64,000 nt of DNA, from positions 14,381 through 78,380 of the forward strand of contig JADFZL010000004.1 in the NCBI GenBank assembly GCA_015232575.1, read 5' to 3'. This DNA is from Candidatus Rifleibacteriota bacterium (GTDB lineage: Bacteria; Muiribacteriota; Ozemobacteria; Ozemobacterales; Ozemobacteraceae). Below the pieces are notes generated by a model that had not been told where the DNA came from, did not search any database, and saw nothing but the letters and a program-made list of their open reading frames with translations. The position numbers were made by a program, and so were the translations under genes. This document shows positions 58,807 through 64,000 of this stretch, piece by piece; position 1 is the first letter of the stretch; each line of letters opens with the position of its first letter.

Positions 58807-59041
58807 TATCCAGCAATTTGAATAAAAAGTCTATTTCAATGGCTCTCTTGCAGCGTCAGGCAGCAGAGAGTCCTTTTGCTTTTCTTTTCATGTCTTTACT
58901 CTCGCGAGAATTTTTCAGAGCAGAGTTGATGCTTTTTGTTTCGCTGTATGGTATCATCTTTGCGAATGTATTTTTTGATGCAGATAAAGCTGTCTGTGTT
59001 GAGAGATTCATATTCTAACAATGGATTTACTACGCCTTTAA

Positions 59042-62000
59042 ATGAAAAGTGATAAAATTTTTATAATTTTTCTCGTAATATCTTGTCTTTTTTTGCCTGA
59101 TGTTCTTAAGGCAGCTAAAAAGAAAGATAAAACAAAACCGGTTTCTGAAAAAAAGATAGCTTCTGATGACAAAAAACCGGTTCTGCCAGAAAAAAAAGAA
59201 CCTGAGCAGCCGCCGGAGAAAACGACTGAAAAAGTTCCTGCTGAAACAGTTGCTCATGAATTTGCACCAGTACAGAAGCTTCTTGATGAAAATCAGGAAG
59301 ATAAAGCTATTGAAAAAATCAGAATTATTCTGAATCCTGATTCATCATCTCAAACAAGACAGATCGCTGCTGACATCCTTTTTTCAAGAACTTTGAGATT
59401 GAAGGAGTTGAACAGCTCTAATACGGACTCTGAAATTAATAAAAAAATTCTTTTGCTGCTTGCAGAATCACGTGACATTGAACCAGATTCTCCTGGCAGA
59501 TGGCAGAAGGTTATTGAGGAGCTGATAATTCAGAAAGCCAACGATTCACTTATTCTTTCAGAAGCGGATGCCTTTCTTCTGAAACACGGAGACAATCTGA
59601 TTAAGGAGCCTCAACAGGTAAATAAAAAAACACTGGAAGCTCTTCAAAAACTTTATAACAATTATGGTATGGAACTTCAGGAATTTCAGATTCTCGAGAT
59701 TCTTGCATGCTTTCCAGATGCAGATAAGGTAACTATTTCCAATGCAAATTTTTCTCATGAAAAATTACTTAAAAGACGCCAGGAATTTGCTGAAAGAATA
59801 AAATTTCTGATTGAATACGGAAGTCTGGAAGAAGCAGAAAAACTTATGCAGAGCCTGAAGCGGCTTGATCCGAAGGCTCCTCTGCAGAAATATGCAATTC
59901 GCCTTGAACAGGCGAAACAGCTGAAAAAACTGTTGCATGAAGCATACGTTTCATTGAGATCTGGAAATATTTCTGGAGCAATAAGCATTTCCCAGAGCGT
60001 TCTGAAGATTGATCCTGAGAATTTTACTGCAAAAGAATATATCAGACGCGCAGAAGAGAGGCGCGGAGAACAGAAAACCAGCGGTAAATCCGGGATTGAC
60101 CGACTTACAATGATGAAGCGCGATTTAAACCTTCAGCTTCAGCGTGCTGAAAAGACTGAAAATCTGTCTGAAATTCTTAAAATTCTGAAAGAGCTCGATA
60201 TAGAAGGTGTTAGCACCTCTGAGCAGCGTTTAAGAATGGGCGTGGTTGAATCAGAAATTCTGGGGTCCCGTCTTTTGATAAATGAGCGATGGAACGAGGC
60301 CCAGAAGGTTTTTAAAGAAAACGACTGGAAGAAACTTCTGAAAATTCTTAATAGAAATCCATTTTTGTCTGAATCGCCAGAACGCCTTGCCAAATACTGG
60401 GAAATGAAGCTGATGTGCGAGTCATATCAGGGAATTAAAGAAGAACACGAACTGCTTGAATCAGCAAAAAAACTTGAAAGTATCTTCCCAAAAAGTTTCT
60501 GGGTAAGATTTCTCAGGCTAAAAATAGCCATGGACAAAATGCAGTACAAAGAAGCAGCCGAGCTGTATAAATCAGCTGCTGAAATAGATGCGGCGAACCC
60601 GATTCTTTCAGAATATAAAAGAATTCTCTGGCTTCAGGAACATGGCTGGAAGTTTATTCCAGTTCTGGGGTTGATCTTTTTCTATTTTCTTGGAAGGATG
60701 ATTCCGGTTTTTTTTGTCTGGTATGAGGAATTTGTGTGGTTCGTAATGTCATGGCTTGCTCCCAGATTTCCGAAGTTTGCTTTGAACAGGCTTGAAGCCC
60801 GTTTTGGCACTGTAAGAGATTCTGAAAAAGTGAAATTTTTCGAGGCTCTTGTTACGGCAGCGTTCAGGTCAGGTGAGATTCAGAAAGCCCGGAGATATTC
60901 AGACATTCTTTCTGAAAGTTCTCCCGGGAATCCTGTTATTCTGAAAGAAGGTGGGCAGCATTTACTGTCTCTTGCAAAGCCTGACCTCGGACAGTTGAAT
61001 CAGCTTATTGACTTTGCTCTTTCAGAGAGTAATAACAGGCAAACTATAGAAAAAGTCGGAAAGCTAATAATCAGAAATAAATTGATCAATGCAGAAGCCG
61101 TAAAGGTTCTGAAGCTTTATGTTGCTGCTTTTCCAGAAGATAAAGATTGTATTCTCTTTCTTGGAGAGGCTTTTGGAAGCATAAGTCCGACTCAGGTTGG
61201 GCGTGATGGTCTTGAATTAATGGAAAAAGCTTATAGATTCAATGGTTCTGATGAACTTGGTGAACGTATTTTTACAGTCAAACTTGCCTGCGGGCTGATT
61301 GACGGGAGCGTAAATTTTCTGATCGAAGCCAGGCAGTCAGGACGTCGATTTCAGGCTTTACAAGCTCTTGAGAAGCTGGAAACAGAAATTGATAATGTAA
61401 TTTCGCAGGTTAAACAGAGTTTACAGGCAATGGATCGTGAAAAAACTATGGATGCACTCGCATCAGTTGGCGAAATGAGGTTTCTAAACGACAGACAGAA
61501 ATCTCAATTGTTTGATTTGCTTGAGCCTGTTATTCGCGAAGAAGATGCTTCTATAAGATATAAAGCACAAAAAATCAGAGATCATGTCAGAGAAATTGCG
61601 TCAAAATCAGAGGGAATAAAGGAAAAGATTCTGAATATCATGATACCGGAATCAATAGAATCTAACCCTGAAGATTCTGCCTCCTTTGTTTTACCTGATT
61701 CTCAACTAGCTTCTGAAAAATTAATTCCATCTGAAGCCTCTGCGCCTGGTGTTGCATTGATTAAATCTGAGTCTGATAATTCTGATATTTCTGGCGATGC
61801 GAAACTTTTGTCTGATTCTCAAGAAGATTTCAGAAAAGAACCAGAGCAGGTGTCAGAGGCAGAGTCCGAAACAGAAACAGAAACAGAAACAGAAACAGAG
61901 ACAGAAACAGAAACAATGCAAAATCCAGAACCTGAGCCAGTTACGCTGTCTGCGGGATTGGTTTTTTCTGAAGATTCAACCGCTGAGGAAAAAATTGATT

Positions 62001-63331
62001 CTGAAATTACATCAGATAATAGTTTGGATGTTTCAAAGATTTCCACAAAAAGTGATGAACCTTTATCAGAAAATCTTTTCAAAGACCTGGATGATTATTC
62101 ACCAGCGCCGGAAGTTTCTGAGGAGATAATTCAGAAAATAGAGAGGTATAAGAATATGGGTCAAAACAACAGCTTTTTTGCAGAGCTTTCAAAAATTACT
62201 TCAGAACTTGATAAGAAAGAAGCCGTTGACGACAACGTGAAAGTCTGGGAGAAACCGACTGTCGAGGCTAAAATAGCTCTTTTCGATTTATCTGATCTTA
62301 GTTCTTCTGCTGGATTACCATCTTTGGAAGCCACCGCAGCACCTTCAGCAGTAGTGGATAAGGCTTCGCAAAAACCTGAAGACAGGGAAGATGAAGACAG
62401 TAAATCTCTCAGCTCAATAAAAAAAGATATTAAGACAATTGCACAAGTGCAGGCTGATTCTCAGAGTTCTCAACTGAAACAAGCTTCGGCGCTAGTTTTC
62501 CCTGATCTGAAATTCCCCGAAGATCATGAGGGGCCAACTGTTTTACCTGATGTTTCACGCGAAACTACGAAATCGAAATCATCTGAACTTACCAGAATTA
62601 TTGAAATGAATAAAGCGGTTGAAACTAATAAAGAACCTGTGAAAAATGATTTAAACTCATGCAATTCAGATGTTGCAGCAGATATTTCAGTTCTGGGAGC
62701 ATCTCCGGATTTGGCGAAAGTTGATCTTTTAATTGCAAATTCCAGAGAAGAAGACATTCCTGCGTGGGCAGCCTATTTGAATTCTCCAATTTCACTCAAT
62801 ACTTTGCAATATGTCCTTAGAAAGCTTGGAACAATGAAGTTGCAGAAGCTAACTCCGGTTCTTGTTGGCTTCATTGGACATCCGGTTCAGAGGGTCAAAG
62901 CAAATCTTATTGAGGGAATGGAGTTTAACAGTGATCCATCCGTTATTCCAGTTCTGACAGGTTTTCTGAATGATTCAGACAATAGAATCAGAGCAAATGC
63001 AATAAAAGCCCTGAAAAGCTTTGGCTTTAATTCTATTTTTGAAGAAATCAAAAGTATGGTTGACGACAAGCGTGTCAACATGCGGGATTCTTCTATTTTT
63101 CTTTTAAAAGACATTAAAAATTCAGAATCGACAAAGCTACTTGAAAAATTGCTATATGATGTTGATCCGTTCGTCCGAAAAAATGCAATAAAGGCTATGG
63201 CACAGCAGGGACTTCAGGAGAATATCGAAATATTGAAGAAATATCAGCACATTACCAATGACCAGGAAGAAAAAGAGCTCATTACAAAGGCAGTTGACTA
63301 CATTTCAAAAAGAAATCCGGTAATTGAATAG
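59042..63331 (+). CDS. Signal peptide / TPR-like / TM / TPR-like / acidic linker / C-terminal HEAT-repeat membrane protein
   Basis: Signal peptide, TPRs (VLKIDPENFTAK), TM FIPVLGLIFFYFLG, long acidic disordered linker, HEAT repeats (RVKANLIEGME, NRIRANAIKAL, FVRKNAIKAMA). Paralog of 5325-8018. Confidence 0.8.
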   Translation: MKSDKIFIIFLVISCLFLPDVLKAAKKKDKTKPVSEKKIASDDKKPVLPEKKEPEQPPEKTTEKVPAETVAHEFAPVQKLLDENQEDKAIEKIRIILNPDSSSQTRQIAADILFSRTLRLKELNSSNTDSEINKKILLLLAESRDIEPDSPGRWQKVIEELIIQKANDSLILSEADAFLLKHGDNLIKEPQQVNKKTLEALQKLYNNYGMELQEFQILEILACFPDADKVTISNANFSHEKLLKRRQEFAERIKFLIEYGSLEEAEKLMQSLKRLDPKAPLQKYAIRLEQAKQLKKLLHEAYVSLRSGNISGAISISQSVLKIDPENFTAKEYIRRAEERRGEQKTSGKSGIDRLTMMKRDLNLQLQRAEKTENLSEILKILKELDIEGVSTSEQRLRMGVVESEILGSRLLINERWNEAQKVFKENDWKKLLKILNRNPFLSESPERLAKYWEMKLMCESYQGIKEEHELLESAKKLESIFPKSFWVRFLRLKIAMDKMQYKEAAELYKSAAEIDAANPILSEYKRILWLQEHGWKFIPVLGLIFFYFLGRMIPVFFVWYEEFVWFVMSWLAPRFPKFALNRLEARFGTVRDSEKVKFFEALVTAAFRSGEIQKARRYSDILSESSPGNPVILKEGGQHLLSLAKPDLGQLNQLIDFALSESNNRQTIEKVGKLIIRNKLINAEAVKVLKLYVAAFPEDKDCILFLGEAFGSISPTQVGRDGLELMEKAYRFNGSDELGERIFTVKLACGLIDGSVNFLIEARQSGRRFQALQALEKLETEIDNVISQVKQSLQAMDREKTMDALASVGEMRFLNDRQKSQLFDLLEPVIREEDASIRYKAQKIRDHVREIASKSEGIKEKILNIMIPESIESNPEDSASFVLPDSQLASEKLIPSEASAPGVALIKSESDNSDISGDAKLLSDSQEDFRKEPEQVSEAESETETETETETETETETMQNPEPEPVTLSAGLVFSEDSTAEEKIDSEITSDNSLDVSKISTKSDEPLSENLFKDLDDYSPAPEVSEEIIQKIERYKNMGQNNSFFAELSKITSELDKKEAVDDNVKVWEKPTVEAKIALFDLSDLSSSAGLPSLEATAAPSAVVDKASQKPEDREDEDSKSLSSIKKDIKTIAQVQADSQSSQLKQASALVFPDLKFPEDHEGPTVLPDVSRETTKSKSSELTRIIEMNKAVETNKEPVKNDLNSCNSDVAADISVLGASPDLAKVDLLIANSREEDIPAWAAYLNSPISLNTLQYVLRKLGTMKLQKLTPVLVGFIGHPVQRVKANLIEGMEFNSDPSVIPVLTGFLNDSDNRIRANAIKALKSFGFNSIFEEIKSMVDDKRVNMRDSSIFLLKDIKNSESTKLLEKLLYDVDPFVRKNAIKAMAQQGLQENIEILKKYQHITNDQEEKELITKAVDYISKRNPVIE
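61868..61915 (+). repeat. In-frame hexanucleotide microsatellite (GAAACA)n encoding (ET)8
   Basis: gaaaca x5, gagaca, gaaaca x2. Confidence 0.9.
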
Positions 63332-63413
63332 CTCTGTTATTCGGCTTACGAAAATCGCCGGAAGAACTTGTTTGAGGTAGAGTTATGCACGACCCCCTTT
63401 CGAAAAGAGTCTT

Positions 63414-64000
63414 TTACCGATTGAAAACTTTTTCTTTGATGAACTGGTATCTCAGAGGGTTTAATACTCGAAGAATTTCTGGCTCTGATACGAATCTGGC
63501 AACGGATTCTGCCATGTCTTCATAGAGATTGGAGTTTCCGTAGTCGCTTACTGATGGAGGTTCGGGCATCCCTTTTTTCCAGAATAAGTTTTGCCACTCT
63601 GTTTCAAGCTTTTGATGAGCCATGAAATAACAGTGCGCGAACTCGTGTACAAGAGTTTGCTTGAATGTGATAGGGTCTCTCAGTGAAATATTGTAGAGAT
63701 AAATAAAAACGTCCTTGTTTTCTATTCTTCCATCAGACCAGGTAAGAGTTTTAAACTCAGCGCGCCCTCCAACAAGCGGACCCTGGGTTGAACGGCCTTC
63801 TCTAATAAGTAATTCAGGCCATATTGTAAAATATTTCGGAAGAGAAGATAAAACCTGATATGTATATTCAAGCGCTTCCTTTGTCCATTTTGTGCCATCA
63901 ATACCATCAAGAAGTCTTAGATCAAATTCATTTTCTATCTTTGCACGTAATTGTTCCTCTGAATCACACAGAACAGAGTGAAAGCTTGTTTCCTTCACAC
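63414..64000 (-). CDS. Zincin-like metallopeptidase domain protein (5' end probably outside the window)
   Basis: TLVHEFAH zinc motif and VSDYGNSNLYEDMAES (third-ligand Glu). The frame is open to the window edge. Confidence 0.75.
   Translation of the reverse strand, partial: VKETSFHSVLCDSEEQLRAKIENEFDLRLLDGIDGTKWTKEALEYTYQVLSSLPKYFTIWPELLIREGRSTQGPLVGGRAEFKTLTWSDGRIENKDVFIYLYNISLRDPITFKQTLVHEFAHCYFMAHQKLETEWQNLFWKKGMPEPPSVSDYGNSNLYEDMAESVARFVSEPEILRVLNPLRYQFIKEKVFNR

Noticed and set aside
58818..59018. 66-aa plus-strand ORF between the beta-helix lipoprotein and the HEAT protein
   Set aside because: TTG start without an RBS and no recognisable features; more likely a terminator/promoter region.
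1..64000. tRNA, rRNA, transposase, integrase, prophage or defence-system genes
   Set aside because: No diagnostic motifs were seen in any ORF or intergenic region. This was by eye only, so small RNAs could have been missed.

Overview
A 64-kb gene-dense, AT-rich chromosomal window from a diderm (LPS-making) bacterium: it holds waaA, an LptD-like C-terminus, two beta-barrel-like proteins and several lipoproteins. The gene repertoire resembles poorly characterised candidate phyla such as Ca. Riflebacteria, but that is an impression, not a tested assignment. I found no rRNA, tRNA, CRISPR array, transposase or integrase. The most notable item is a three-gene operon (9549-14156). Its first gene fuses an adenylation (acyl-CoA-ligase-like) domain, a carrier domain (DSL serine) and a complete class I HMG-CoA-reductase domain, and it is followed by a formyltransferase and an alpha/beta hydrolase. 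This looks like a carboxylic-acid-reductase-type A-T-R assembly line with an unusual reductase. Other notable items: (1) a GCAGATT-repeat element whose two arms are adjacent at 191-514 but bracket a 6-kb giant Ig protein + lipoprotein cassette at 41884-48421, and that cassette is itself tandemly duplicated and expanded; (2) a tandemly duplicated secreted zinc-protease/partner module with a 102-bp perfectly identical tract; (3) a YmdB-like protein lacking its metal ligands; (4) a secreted glycine-zipper protein pair; (5) two paralogous signal-TPR-TM-HEAT proteins; (6) divergent pseudopilin genes; (7) two GAF/HD-GYP proteins and a hybrid sensor kinase. All functional calls come from motif recognition by eye; no database search was run.
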